A DNA stretch of 64,000 nucleotides, taken from the IMG/VR virus record IMGVR_UViG_3300021962_000027; one strand, written 5' to 3'. Positions within the stretch are counted from its first letter, which is position 1; each line of letters begins with the position of its first letter. Made by a program: the position numbers and the translations under genes. This document shows, in pieces, positions 31,899 through 42,667 of this stretch. The notes below the pieces were generated by a model. That model saw only the letters and a list, made by a program, of their open reading frames with translations. It was not told the origin of the DNA and did not search any database. The stretch comes from a virus.

Positions 31899-34310
31899 AT
31901 GATCATACAAAAACGTAATGATGAACAAGCTGCGTTTAATCCTACAAAGATTTTAACAAGAATTAAAAAAGCTGCCAAAGGTTTAAAAGTTAACACTGAT
32001 GAAATATTCATCAAAGTTATAACTTCACTACCAAATGAAGGGGTGGTAACAACAAAAGAGATTGATAAATTGATAGCTGAGATCGCTGCATCATATACTG
32101 GTAGTCACTATGATTACAGTAAATTAGCCGCAAATATCGCTATCTCTTCTTATCATAAAGAAACAAACCCAAGTTTTAGTGAAACAATGAGTTTGTTAGC
32201 TGAAGATGATATTATCAACGAGACGCTAATTAAAATGATTAATGAATACGGGCCAGATAAAATTGATGGTGCTATTAATCATGAAAAAGATTTCCAGTTT
32301 GATTATTTCGCTTGGAGATCACTACATGAAATGTATTTAACAAAAACATCTCAAGGTAAACAAATTGAAAGACCACAGCACATGTATATGCGTGTAGCTT
32401 TATGGGTTACAAATTCGTTTGAAGAGGCTGTTGAATACTATGAGGCTTTATCAAGCCAATTTATCTCCCCTGCAACACCTATCATGATTAATTCAGGTAC
32501 CAAAATCCCTCAATTAGCATCATGTGTGTTACACTACAATAACGATGACTCAAGAAACGGTCTTTTAGACAGTTTAAGGGACATCTCTGTTTATTCCGCT
32601 GACGCAGCTGGTATTGGACTATGTATGTCAAATATCCGTAGTAAAGAAAGTAGAATTAAAACATCTGGCGGTTTTGCTGGTGGGTTATTAAAATACCTTA
32701 AAATCGTAAACGAATCACTTCGTTTCTTTAACCAACAAGGACGTAGACCAGGAAGTGCCGCAATTTATATCGAACCATGGCATAAAGATATTTTTGACCT
32801 ACTTGAAATTAAAAAGAATACTGGTGCTGAAGAATTAAGAGCAAGAGATTTGTTCACAGCATTATGGATTCCAGATAATTTCATGAGAGCTGTCGAAGAA
32901 GATGGTGATTGGTATTTATTCTGCCCGAATGACATCGTTAAGAACGGTATTAAGCCACTTCAGGAGTGTTTTGGTGATGAGTATGAGGCTAACTATGACA
33001 AAGCCGTAGAAATGGGCTTAGGTAAGAAAGTAAAGGCTCAGGATATTTGGATTAAAGTTATTGAATCACAGGTTGAAACTGGTATACCATATCTTTGTTC
33101 AAAAGATAACGCTAACAAAAAAACGAATCATCAGAATATCGGTGTTATTAAACAATCAAACCTTTGTAACGAAATTTACCAATTCACAGATGAAAAAACA
33201 ACAGCTATCTGTACACTGTCATCTGTAGTTGTTAAAAACTATGTAAAAAACAAAACTTTTGATTTTGACCACATGTATCATGAAGTTAGAAAAGTTGTTA
33301 GGGCGCTAAATAAAGTTATTGATATTAATTCATATTCAACTGAAAAGGGTAAAAAAGGTGGTCTTGAACAAAGGGCGATTGCTATTGGTGTACAAGGTTT
33401 GGCTGATGTATTCTTTTTAATGGATTACGTTTTCACATCGGATGAGGCTAAAGAATTGAATAAGAAAATTTTTGAAACCATATATTTTGCGGCTATTAGC
33501 GAAAGTAATGATTTATGTAAATCTGGTGAGTATAAATCTTACAAATATTTTAAAGGGTCCCCGATGTCAAAAGGGGAGTTCCAATTTGATATGTGGGGTG
33601 TTGATAAAAATGAATTGATGTGGGATTGGAATTCATTAAAAGCGTCTGTTAGAGAACACGGTATTTGTAATAGTTTATTCACAGCGCAAATGCCAGTAGC
33701 TTCTTCAGCTAAAATTACTGGATCATATGAAATGACAGAAGTTATTCCATCTAATTTATTCAATAGAAGAGTTGTTGGTGGTGAGTTCTTAATCGCAAAT
33801 AGATATTTGATTGAAGACTTTGAGGATTTGGGTATTTGGTCAGAAACTTTTAAAAATGAAATCATTATGAACGAAGGTTCTATCCAAAACATTAACTTTA
33901 ACAAGTTTTTGGACCCAAATGACAAACATTATGAGAAAAAAATCAAAAGAATTGAGCATTTAATCCAAAAATATAGAACAATCTGGGAAGTTTCACAGAA
34001 AGAATTGATTGATATGGCGGCTGATAGAGCACCATTTATTGATCAATCACAATCTATGAACGTTTATTTCCAGGCACCGACTGTTCAGAAATTATCATCT
34101 AGTCACTTTTGGGCTTGGAAACGTGGTCTTAAATCACTTTCTTACTATGTGAGAACAAAAGCTATTTCAACAGGGGCGAAACACTTAGCAATTAATGTTT
34201 CAGCGACTGAATCAGCAATATCAGCTATGGTTAAACCAGAGCCAGCTCAAATACAAGAAGTAACTAAACCAGAGAATAGTCAATTCGATTGTTTCGGATG
34301 TAGTTCTTAA
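31899..34310 (+). CDS. nrdA: Ribonucleotide reductase class Ia, alpha subunit with ATP cone
   Basis: N-terminal ATP cone (IQKRND), SPATP..NSGT..QLASC, SNLCNEI, CTL, YYVR and C-terminal CFGC. Confidence 0.97.
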   Translation: MIIQKRNDEQAAFNPTKILTRIKKAAKGLKVNTDEIFIKVITSLPNEGVVTTKEIDKLIAEIAASYTGSHYDYSKLAANIAISSYHKETNPSFSETMSLLAEDDIINETLIKMINEYGPDKIDGAINHEKDFQFDYFAWRSLHEMYLTKTSQGKQIERPQHMYMRVALWVTNSFEEAVEYYEALSSQFISPATPIMINSGTKIPQLASCVLHYNNDDSRNGLLDSLRDISVYSADAAGIGLCMSNIRSKESRIKTSGGFAGGLLKYLKIVNESLRFFNQQGRRPGSAAIYIEPWHKDIFDLLEIKKNTGAEELRARDLFTALWIPDNFMRAVEEDGDWYLFCPNDIVKNGIKPLQECFGDEYEANYDKAVEMGLGKKVKAQDIWIKVIESQVETGIPYLCSKDNANKKTNHQNIGVIKQSNLCNEIYQFTDEKTTAICTLSSVVVKNYVKNKTFDFDHMYHEVRKVVRALNKVIDINSYSTEKGKKGGLEQRAIAIGVQGLADVFFLMDYVFTSDEAKELNKKIFETIYFAAISESNDLCKSGEYKSYKYFKGSPMSKGEFQFDMWGVDKNELMWDWNSLKASVREHGICNSLFTAQMPVASSAKITGSYEMTEVIPSNLFNRRVVGGEFLIANRYLIEDFEDLGIWSETFKNEIIMNEGSIQNINFNKFLDPNDKHYEKKIKRIEHLIQKYRTIWEVSQKELIDMAADRAPFIDQSQSMNVYFQAPTVQKLSSSHFWAWKRGLKSLSYYVRTKAISTGAKHLAINVSATESAISAMVKPEPAQIQEVTKPENSQFDCFGCSS

Positions 34311-34350
34311 CCAAATATAGGTTATTAGTTACACATTATTTCAATAATAT

Positions 34351-34379
34351 AAATCCCACCTAACTGGTGGGATTTTTTT
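34351..34379 (+). terminator. Rho-independent terminator after nrdA
   Basis: AAATCCCACC-TAACT-GGTGGGATTT followed by T tract. Confidence 0.88.
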
Positions 34380-34404
34380 ATTTACAAAAAATAAAATATA
34401 CCGA

Positions 34405-34416
34405 TATTTATTTATA
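34405..34416 (+). promoter_or_regulatory. Putative late promoter (overlapping TATTTAT / TATTTATA)
   Basis: GATATTTATTTATAAA between the nrdA terminator and the gp25 start. Confidence 0.6.
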
Positions 34417-34424
34417 AAAGATTT

Positions 34425-34841
34425 ATGGCAATAAAGAAACAAACATTTGGTATGGATTTCCCATTCGTTAATTCGAATAGTGGTGATTATGTTGGATTAA
34501 CCACAATACCCGAATCAGAGGTTAAAGCTATGCTAATCCATTTATTATTAACAAAAAAGGGATCCAGATATTTTTTGCCAGATTTTGGTACAAATTTATA
34601 TCAATATATATTTGAACCGTTAGATGATATAACCTTAGGTAAAATAGAGGCTGAGATTCAAGATGCGGTTGAAAAATACATTCCAAATTTAAAATTAAAC
34701 GATGTTGTCATTACCAGAGTTGGTGACGAGGAGCGATATAAAAATGACACTGAAAGAGAACATCAGATTAGGATAAACCTAGATTATACAATAACAACAA
34801 AAACGTTCCAGACAAGCGATAAATTGGCTATAACACTATAA
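34425..34841 (+). CDS. Baseplate wedge protein, gp25-like
   Basis: LLLTKKGSR...PDFGT.L..YIFEP...I..A.EKYIP signature. Confidence 0.9.
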   Translation: MAIKKQTFGMDFPFVNSNSGDYVGLTTIPESEVKAMLIHLLLTKKGSRYFLPDFGTNLYQYIFEPLDDITLGKIEAEIQDAVEKYIPNLKLNDVVITRVGDEERYKNDTEREHQIRINLDYTITTKTFQTSDKLAITL

Positions 34842-34844
34842 AAA

Positions 34845-36656
34845 ATGGCAAGACAGATAAATTACAGTAAAAGAGATTTCGCTTCCTTAAAAACGGAGCA
34901 AATCAATTACATTAAACAGTATTACCCAGAAGTTGTACAGAATTTTAACGATGCATCTATACTATCAGTATTTTTGGATTTGAATGCAGCTATTGCGGAT
35001 AATTTAAACTATCAGATTGACCGTGCATTACAAGAAACGGTTCTTGATTACGCTCAAGAAAGACAATCTTTATATAATATCGCCAAAACATATGGTTTAA
35101 AGTTACCAACTAAGTCAGCCGCTGTTGCGGTTGTTGAGTTTACAGCGCAAGTTCCAGTTTATGGTGACCAAGAAGATAAAAAATATTTACCAATTATTAA
35201 AGCTGGTACACAAGTTAGTAACGGTTCTGGTGCGTATGAGGTATTATATGACATTGATTTTGCTTCCGCAACTAATAGTTCTGGTAATGTTGATAGAACT
35301 AAAAGACCAATTTTTATAAATAATAAATTAACTGGTTATAGTATAACAAAAACTGGTATTGTTGTTGCGGGGTCTAGTAAAGTTTACACACAATCGTTCT
35401 CAACAACGCAACCATTCTATAAGATAACATTACCAGAGAATAACGTATTATCAGTTGATTCAATAATACACAAAGCTGGTACTAATTATACAGCAACACC
35501 AGCTGAGAGTGAATTTTATAGTAGTTCTAATAAATGGTATGAGGTACCATCATTAGCTGAAGATAATGTTTTTACCGAAGATACAACAGCACCAAGGGTC
35601 AACGGAATTGCTAAAGGTGTTTACCAGAAAATTGATAAAAGATATATCACCGAATTCACCCCAAATGGGTTCTGTCAGATAACATTTGGTGCTCAAACTG
35701 ATTCATCGTTTGATATTTTAGATGATTTCATGGATGGTGGTAGTTTTAGTCTAAAAAGTTTTTTAAGAAACGGTAGTTTAGGTATGGCCCCGATCACAAA
35801 CACCACAATGTTCGTTAAATATAGAATAGGTGGTGGTGTTGAATCCAATACAGGTGTTGGTACGATAACCGATATAACTAGGTTAAACGCAACAATTAAT
35901 GGACCAGATCAGAATATTAACTCAACGGTAAGGGCCTCTATTGGTGTTAACAACACAACACCAGCTGTTGGTGGTTCAGATGAACCAACAATCGAGGAAT
36001 TAAGAAATTATATAGCGTATAACTTTTCTGCTCAAAATAGAGCTGTTACACTAAATGATTATAAGGGTTTAATCATGTCAATGCCTAGTGTATTCGGTTC
36101 ACCCGCTAAAACGAGTATAACCCAAAGACAAAATAAGATTGAGATAGGTGTTTTAACTTATGACGCTAACGGTGCTATATCAAATGTCGTTTCATCTCTA
36201 TTGATGGAAAATATCGCTGCATATCTTTCTAAATATAGAATGATTAATGATTATGTTATTGTTAAACCAGCTGAAGTTGTTGATCTAGGTTTTGAGGTTA
36301 GCGTGTTAGTTGAAACGGGACAGCAAGTTCAAGTATCCGCTAAAATATCTAATACTGTTAAAGGCGAGTTTACTAATGATAAAACAAATCTTGGTAAGAG
36401 CTATAGTGTTGGTGAAATGATTAAGAAAATCACACAAATTGATGGTGTATTAAATGTTAATTACATTAAAGCCTACAACAAAACGGGCTCTGGGTATTCA
36501 TCTAATACAACAAAACAAACAATAATTGATACAGCAACTGGTGAGATTGATATCACAAACAATTACATCATCGTTGAGGAATATCAAATGCTTAATATTA
36601 AAAAACCTGATGTTGATATTAAAATCATACCAATAATAGCAACAGGGATTAATTAA
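34845..36656 (+). CDS. Baseplate wedge protein, gp6 / P2 J-like
   Basis: Y..RDF.SLK, LD.AQER.SL..IA...G, YR.GGG...N, A.GG.D...IEELR and QNRAVT..DY motifs. Confidence 0.9.
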   Translation: MARQINYSKRDFASLKTEQINYIKQYYPEVVQNFNDASILSVFLDLNAAIADNLNYQIDRALQETVLDYAQERQSLYNIAKTYGLKLPTKSAAVAVVEFTAQVPVYGDQEDKKYLPIIKAGTQVSNGSGAYEVLYDIDFASATNSSGNVDRTKRPIFINNKLTGYSITKTGIVVAGSSKVYTQSFSTTQPFYKITLPENNVLSVDSIIHKAGTNYTATPAESEFYSSSNKWYEVPSLAEDNVFTEDTTAPRVNGIAKGVYQKIDKRYITEFTPNGFCQITFGAQTDSSFDILDDFMDGGSFSLKSFLRNGSLGMAPITNTTMFVKYRIGGGVESNTGVGTITDITRLNATINGPDQNINSTVRASIGVNNTTPAVGGSDEPTIEELRNYIAYNFSAQNRAVTLNDYKGLIMSMPSVFGSPAKTSITQRQNKIEIGVLTYDANGAISNVVSSLLMENIAAYLSKYRMINDYVIVKPAEVVDLGFEVSVLVETGQQVQVSAKISNTVKGEFTNDKTNLGKSYSVGEMIKKITQIDGVLNVNYIKAYNKTGSGYSSNTTKQTIIDTATGEIDITNNYIIVEEYQMLNIKKPDVDIKIIPIIATGIN

Positions 36657-36658
36657 GG

Positions 36659-38905
36659 ATGGAGAAAAACATTAAAATAGTATTAAATCAGGATACACCA
36701 GATGAAAGAATATTAGTTAATCTAGAAGATGAGTTTGATAATTTAGAGGTTTTAAGCTTAAAAATATCAAGCACGGATGTATATAGAAAAACTTCGTCTG
36801 ATTTTGGTGTTATTGTTGGTAGGGTACAAACTACTAATGGATATGGTTTGCAAAATGCGAAAATATCGATATTTGTACCTATTGATCCAGCTGATAAAGA
36901 AAGACCTGAAATTACCGAACTATACCCATTTGAAACTGTCAACGACCAATTCCCAAACGGAGTTAGGTATAATTTGTTACCTAGGTTAAGAAATCAAAAC
37001 CCTAGCCATAGAGCTGTGGGTAATTTACCCACTATAAACGATCTAACCCATTACCCTCAATATCTTGAGATAATGGAAAAATATTACAAGTATACTGTCA
37101 CAACAAATGATTCTGGTGATTATATGATATTCGGTGTACCAGTTGGTTCGCATAATATTATGATGGATTTCGATTTGTTTGATACAAAAAGTTTTGAGAT
37201 AACAGCAAATGATTTAGTTGAAACAACAACAGAGTACGCTAATATAAAAGACCTTAGAGACGCAACAAATGCAGCGGATAATAACAATCCAAATAAAGTA
37301 CCTAATTTTATTTATAAGGGTAGTGACTCTTTCGATGTTGAAGTTAAAACGAACATTAACCAGATGCCAAACATATTTAATGAGATTAAGCAGGTTAATG
37401 TCGCTTCTTTCTGGGGTGATGATGTTGAACATGACGTTGGTATCACAAGATGTGATTTCAAGATAAATTATAAGTACACACCAACAGCTATCTTTTTTGG
37501 TTGGTTATCTTCAGTAACAGGTGGTTTTGAGGTTAAAAAAGATTATTCAGTTAACAAACCTAAAGACATTGATCAAACGGATTTACCACTAGAGTTAAGA
37601 GGGTTCGATTCTAATAAAGGAAGAGATACGGGTGATATCTGGCCATTACAAGAATTAATGGTTGTCATCTACAGGTTAGATGATAAATTAACCCCTGGTA
37701 GTAGAGTTAGAGTCGGGGCTTTTAAGGCCGAACATGGTACTGGTGTATTTAGGATTTCTTTACCCATGTACATGGAGTACTATAAATTAAACCAATTTGG
37801 TGACTTAGTACCAACCGATGATGTTGACAACGGTATACCAACTAAAGGTTATTACGCTTTTGAAATATATGATATTGCTGAAGCTTGGCAAACCAGATAC
37901 CCTTGGGGTTATTATAGGTTGTCACCAACACCTGGTATTAGAGTACCCGCATCAACTAATGGTGAGGTCTTAACTGGTGGATGGGAAGGAACAAATACGG
38001 GTTTATTTGAGTATGATATTATTAATAGAAAAAGGAAATTTTACACAATAAAAACTAAATACAATAAACACAAAGCGGATAATGTATCAATACCTGGTGA
38101 TTATGTTAGTTACATACCACAAACCAATGAGTTTAAAGATATACCTTGGAATTTCCCTGTTGACAGGAGAGATGTACCAACTATATCTAGCATTGAAGTC
38201 ATAGGATCAGCAATCTTACCTAAATATGAGTTTGATGTTGATACCACTGTTTTTGATTGGGGTAGACTTGATGACAAGGACTATAACCCAGAAATGATAT
38301 CCCCAGCCAATATTCTTAATTTGATTAGAATACCAAAAGATTTATCATATAATGAATCTGTTAAAGAACTTGAATACCACCTTGGTATTGGTGTTGGTTT
38401 AAATGGTAAAAATAGTGGCACCGTTTATACAAATATATTTAGGGGTGATGATTTTATTAACAGCGCAACTGGGGAAAACTATTATGGTGACACACCAACC
38501 TTCGATTTTGGTGATAACTCAAATGGTAAACTAAACCTTAGTTTATTCGCCATTGAATTAGCTAAAAAACCAGACGCAACTGTTAGCACTGGTGGAACAC
38601 ACAGAAGATTCACACAAGCCTATAGCGGTACATACACATTAGGTCCATTTATATCATCAATAAATGATCAAAACAAGATTTCCCTAATGGAATTCTCAAT
38701 TTATGATATAACAGATGATCTGGATGGTTTGATAGATAATAAAGTTTACACGTCATACGGTTTTTACACAGGTAGCGTACCACCAACAGAGTTTAACCCA
38801 GAGATATCAAATAGATTTAGAGCAAACTATTATTACTTTGGTCTTTGGGATGGTGCAAACGCTTTAAAATCAATAGAAAAAAATTATTTTACGGACAATG
38901 AGTAA
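36659..38905 (+). CDS. Putative baseplate structural protein with a split carboxypeptidase-regulatory-like beta domain
   Basis: VIVGRV...NG..LQNAKISIF ... TTNDSGDYMIFGVPVG; baseplate operon context. Confidence 0.5.
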   Translation: MEKNIKIVLNQDTPDERILVNLEDEFDNLEVLSLKISSTDVYRKTSSDFGVIVGRVQTTNGYGLQNAKISIFVPIDPADKERPEITELYPFETVNDQFPNGVRYNLLPRLRNQNPSHRAVGNLPTINDLTHYPQYLEIMEKYYKYTVTTNDSGDYMIFGVPVGSHNIMMDFDLFDTKSFEITANDLVETTTEYANIKDLRDATNAADNNNPNKVPNFIYKGSDSFDVEVKTNINQMPNIFNEIKQVNVASFWGDDVEHDVGITRCDFKINYKYTPTAIFFGWLSSVTGGFEVKKDYSVNKPKDIDQTDLPLELRGFDSNKGRDTGDIWPLQELMVVIYRLDDKLTPGSRVRVGAFKAEHGTGVFRISLPMYMEYYKLNQFGDLVPTDDVDNGIPTKGYYAFEIYDIAEAWQTRYPWGYYRLSPTPGIRVPASTNGEVLTGGWEGTNTGLFEYDIINRKRKFYTIKTKYNKHKADNVSIPGDYVSYIPQTNEFKDIPWNFPVDRRDVPTISSIEVIGSAILPKYEFDVDTTVFDWGRLDDKDYNPEMISPANILNLIRIPKDLSYNESVKELEYHLGIGVGLNGKNSGTVYTNIFRGDDFINSATGENYYGDTPTFDFGDNSNGKLNLSLFAIELAKKPDATVSTGGTHRRFTQAYSGTYTLGPFISSINDQNKISLMEFSIYDITDDLDGLIDNKVYTSYGFYTGSVPPTEFNPEISNRFRANYYYFGLWDGANALKSIEKNYFTDNE

Positions 38906-40562
38906 TATTGTAGAAATATTGGGTTCAAAAAAGTTTGTTGGTTCAAAAACCGAAACATTAAAAACTAGATTGATATTAGAGCAACCTGGTAAGGTTAGGG
39001 ATGAGTATAATTTATTCACAAACATCTCCCAAGACGAACAATTTGTTAAAGAAAAAAATGAAAATGATAAGTACAAAGTATACGGTACAATATCACCAGC
39101 GATAAGTAAAAAAGCTTACTATCGTAATAACAAATTAAATGTCGATAAAAATGTTTTAGATTTTACACCAGATAACTGGTCTTTGGTTTTATGTAGACCA
39201 GTTAAACATGTTAATGATAAAGGTAAAAAACAATATACTATTACATATACAAATGAAAATGGTAAAGATTTAAAATATGACTTGGATTTAAGTAAGGGTT
39301 TACCAGCATCATTGATTTACCCATCGATAAAGACTGGCCCTCAGAACGTTAGTTTTTTAATGAATTACGGACATAATTTTCTTGTCGGTGATCAAATATA
39401 TGTTAGATCTAATGATAGTAGATTTAAAACTGATTTATATTTCATAACAAACGTTAATGGTAAATTGATCACCATTAATTTACCCATGAACCCTAAATCT
39501 TTTTTTTATGCTGAAAAAGTTGATGAAAAGGTGAATATTTTCACAAATAACCAAGCGATTGCTTTGACACCGACAACACCCTCAAATCAATTTACAGGGG
39601 TTATAAGGAATGTACAGACAACAAATGATGATAGTGACTTAATTAATATTTTAAAGGCTGAGAGACCAACCCCTTATCGTTTATTCAGCGCTAATTTCTC
39701 AATATCAAAAGTTATTGATAATGAGGTTCTTGAATATTACGTAAAACAAGCACAAGTTGTTCAGGTTTTAAACACCTTCGACCAATGCGGTTTTTCATAT
39801 AATTTATTTAATGAACCGTTGTATAATTTTTATTTCGAAGATGATTTTAACATATCTGGTTTATTGGATAATAAAGGTGAGCCTATGACTAACTGTTATT
39901 TAGGGGTTATAAAAAACGGTGCCACATCTGAAAAAGTTTTTAGTACTGTTGAGTCTAATTTTGAACCATTAATTGATTATACAAACCCAGGTGAAGGTAT
40001 CAAAAGAATAGCCGATGTGTCAAACACAACAATATCTGATAAACCAGACATTAATAATATTTTTGATATTGGTATATATGAGTATTCAGCTGAAAATTTA
40101 ACAGAGGAATTAATATCACCTGTACAACATAATTTCATACACAATTACGTACTATTCAAATATAAACCTTTTCAAGAGATTGATTTAAGACTAAGGTCTT
40201 CCTATATTGAGGATTCGGTTTCAAATTCGTTTATACCAAAATACGCTTTATATAGTAGAAAAACGGACAAATACATCTGGAGAGATATACTTGATTTAGG
40301 TATATCCGATAACGATGGTAATGTTTTAGACTACCCATTTTTAAACGGATCCAGATATGCGTACCAAAGATTAGTGTTTAATGTTTTAACTGAAAAAAAT
40401 AAAACAAAAAAATATAAACTAAATGTCAATGACATAACCAACATCGATTCACTTAATTCGGTTGATGATTACACTGGTGATATTGTTAACGATCTATTTG
40501 GTAATAATAATGACACTAATTTGGATGACCCATTCAAAACATATACAGACGAAAAATGCTAA
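38898..40562 (+). CDS. Hypothetical virion structural protein (554 aa)
   Basis: Coupled ORF in the baseplate operon. Confidence 0.55.
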   Translation: MSNIVEILGSKKFVGSKTETLKTRLILEQPGKVRDEYNLFTNISQDEQFVKEKNENDKYKVYGTISPAISKKAYYRNNKLNVDKNVLDFTPDNWSLVLCRPVKHVNDKGKKQYTITYTNENGKDLKYDLDLSKGLPASLIYPSIKTGPQNVSFLMNYGHNFLVGDQIYVRSNDSRFKTDLYFITNVNGKLITINLPMNPKSFFYAEKVDEKVNIFTNNQAIALTPTTPSNQFTGVIRNVQTTNDDSDLINILKAERPTPYRLFSANFSISKVIDNEVLEYYVKQAQVVQVLNTFDQCGFSYNLFNEPLYNFYFEDDFNISGLLDNKGEPMTNCYLGVIKNGATSEKVFSTVESNFEPLIDYTNPGEGIKRIADVSNTTISDKPDINNIFDIGIYEYSAENLTEELISPVQHNFIHNYVLFKYKPFQEIDLRLRSSYIEDSVSNSFIPKYALYSRKTDKYIWRDILDLGISDNDGNVLDYPFLNGSRYAYQRLVFNVLTEKNKTKKYKLNVNDITNIDSLNSVDDYTGDIVNDLFGNNNDTNLDDPFKTYTDEKC

Positions 40563-42667
40563 GAAAACTATTTAAAAAAGATACAACACTATCAACCAGT
40601 ATATTTGTTAGTTCAGAGGACGGTTCATCTGATAGGGAGTTTGTTTTTAGCAAAACCTTGGATATTGAATCATTGGTTAACATAAACGGCATTGTTGATT
40701 TTGAAAGTGCGGAGTTTAAACCTAATGAAAGTAAATTAGAGGTTGATTTATTTTTCTTAAGATATATAGAAGATGGTGAAATTGATACCATATCATCTTA
40801 CTTAGAGAAAGATTTTACGGACTATCACGCAAAAGTTTTAGAGGTGAGTAAAAACATAAAAACTAGCGAGTTATTTGAAATTAAATCTTCAGATAATTTA
40901 CGAGCCGTTAAATTTGATAACGAAAAATTACTTTCAGCTACTGAAATTAATAGCGAAAAGCCATACGTGGTTATTGACCCGATGGTTGAGCTAAGAAAAA
41001 AGTATCCAGCAAAACCTGGTAGACCACACTTTTATAACACATTTACTTTCCCGTTTTGGGATAAAAAGGATTTATGGGGTGGGTTAAAATATGGTTTTAA
41101 TAATAAAACTTACACATATAGTTCATTCTTATTATTAGAAATTTTCGATGATTATAATGTTGAGACACAGAAAAGAATAACAACTATACCGATATATGTT
41201 TCAGATAGATATCTTTTTAACGAAAAAACAAAGGGTACTGACACCACGGCTGGTATTGAACAAAAAAGACCAGTTTTTAATTTAACGGAAGGTGTTGATG
41301 GTTATTCGTTCTTTTTTCTTAAAAATTACATTAAAACTGATTTTTATGTTAAATTTTATTTCTGGGATGCGTTAAACGGTAAAAAAATACAATTTATACC
41401 ATCATCAAAAAATAATGTTGGTAAAAAATGGTTACAAGATGTTGAAAATTTCGACCAGAAGGAGTTATATCTTAAATATGACTTAGATTATACTAAAAAA
41501 TCTTATACAATATACGATTTTAATGATAGAACCAATGAGTATGATCTAGAAACGGATCATATTGATCTTTATGAATTTGCTTATGATGACTATTGGTCGC
41601 AAATTAGCGCTTTAAACAATCAACCAACAGACTTACAAATACCGACAAACCCAAGAGAATACGGTGATTTATTATTATCAGCAAACTCAATAAAAAGGGA
41701 TATTGCCGTTACTGACCTAAAACATGAGACATTGTCTGATGCTATTGCGGCCGGCCCTAATTACGTACCAGTTGAGGTTAGATTTGATTATACTGATTAT
41801 ATTTCTAACGGATATACAATCCCTTATTCAATCGACCACTACCAAATTTCTGGGACAACGGAAGGGTATTTAAAATACCTATCAAATGATTTGAACATAA
41901 AAACAATCGGTTTATTAAAAAGTAAATTAAATAAATGCGTTAATGTTAATATCGAATCATTTAAAAGAACTATTGGTTCGCTTAGGGTAGAAAATAAACA
42001 AGAAATTAGTAATTATATAATTGATAATTTTAATTTACTTGATTTAACGTTTAAATCAAATGAACCGACAATTGATTTATCAACTTACGGTTCACTTAAA
42101 CATAATACCCAAACACTTGGTGATTCATCTTTACAGGTTGAATATTGTGTTTTACCTAAAAAAAGTATAACAGAAACTTACGATAATTATTACACTACTT
42201 TTGATACAGCTTGGTATAATTTTGTTGAGGCTAATAAACAAAAGGCTTCAAATGATTATTCAATAACAATCACGAGTGAAATGTACACTGGTTTAATTAA
42301 CAACCCAACCCACCAAATAAATTTTGCGAATATGATTGCTAATAAATCGTATTCAAGCATTCGTGATATTCCAAACAATATTACATCATACACAACATTG
42401 GATATAAACAGTTTACTATTAACAAAACCTCTCATAAAAGAGGATGGTATTACTATTGTTATCGAAGTACTAGACCCTAAGATCAACCCTAAAGAAGAAA
42501 TAGTGTTAACTGTTGATTTGGTTATTGGCGCTGGTGCTCTATATAAGTTCGGTACTATAAAAGAGTTGGAGATCACTGGATTACTTGAGATAAATGTTTA
42601 TAAAGAAGATATTGGTTTAGAGGATATGAAAAAAATAACGGTACCTATTAAAATTAATTTAAAATAA
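40556..42667 (+). CDS. Hypothetical virion structural protein (703 aa)
   Basis: Coupled ORF in the baseplate operon. Confidence 0.55.
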   Translation: MLRKLFKKDTTLSTSIFVSSEDGSSDREFVFSKTLDIESLVNINGIVDFESAEFKPNESKLEVDLFFLRYIEDGEIDTISSYLEKDFTDYHAKVLEVSKNIKTSELFEIKSSDNLRAVKFDNEKLLSATEINSEKPYVVIDPMVELRKKYPAKPGRPHFYNTFTFPFWDKKDLWGGLKYGFNNKTYTYSSFLLLEIFDDYNVETQKRITTIPIYVSDRYLFNEKTKGTDTTAGIEQKRPVFNLTEGVDGYSFFFLKNYIKTDFYVKFYFWDALNGKKIQFIPSSKNNVGKKWLQDVENFDQKELYLKYDLDYTKKSYTIYDFNDRTNEYDLETDHIDLYEFAYDDYWSQISALNNQPTDLQIPTNPREYGDLLLSANSIKRDIAVTDLKHETLSDAIAAGPNYVPVEVRFDYTDYISNGYTIPYSIDHYQISGTTEGYLKYLSNDLNIKTIGLLKSKLNKCVNVNIESFKRTIGSLRVENKQEISNYIIDNFNLLDLTFKSNEPTIDLSTYGSLKHNTQTLGDSSLQVEYCVLPKKSITETYDNYYTTFDTAWYNFVEANKQKASNDYSITITSEMYTGLINNPTHQINFANMIANKSYSSIRDIPNNITSYTTLDINSLLLTKPLIKEDGITIVIEVLDPKINPKEEIVLTVDLVIGAGALYKFGTIKELEITGLLEINVYKEDIGLEDMKKITVPIKINLK

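Noticed and set aside
26908-34310. Inteins or introns in recA, helicase or nrdAB
   Set aside because: Lengths are normal, motifs are contiguous, and no splice-junction or homing-endonuclease motifs were seen
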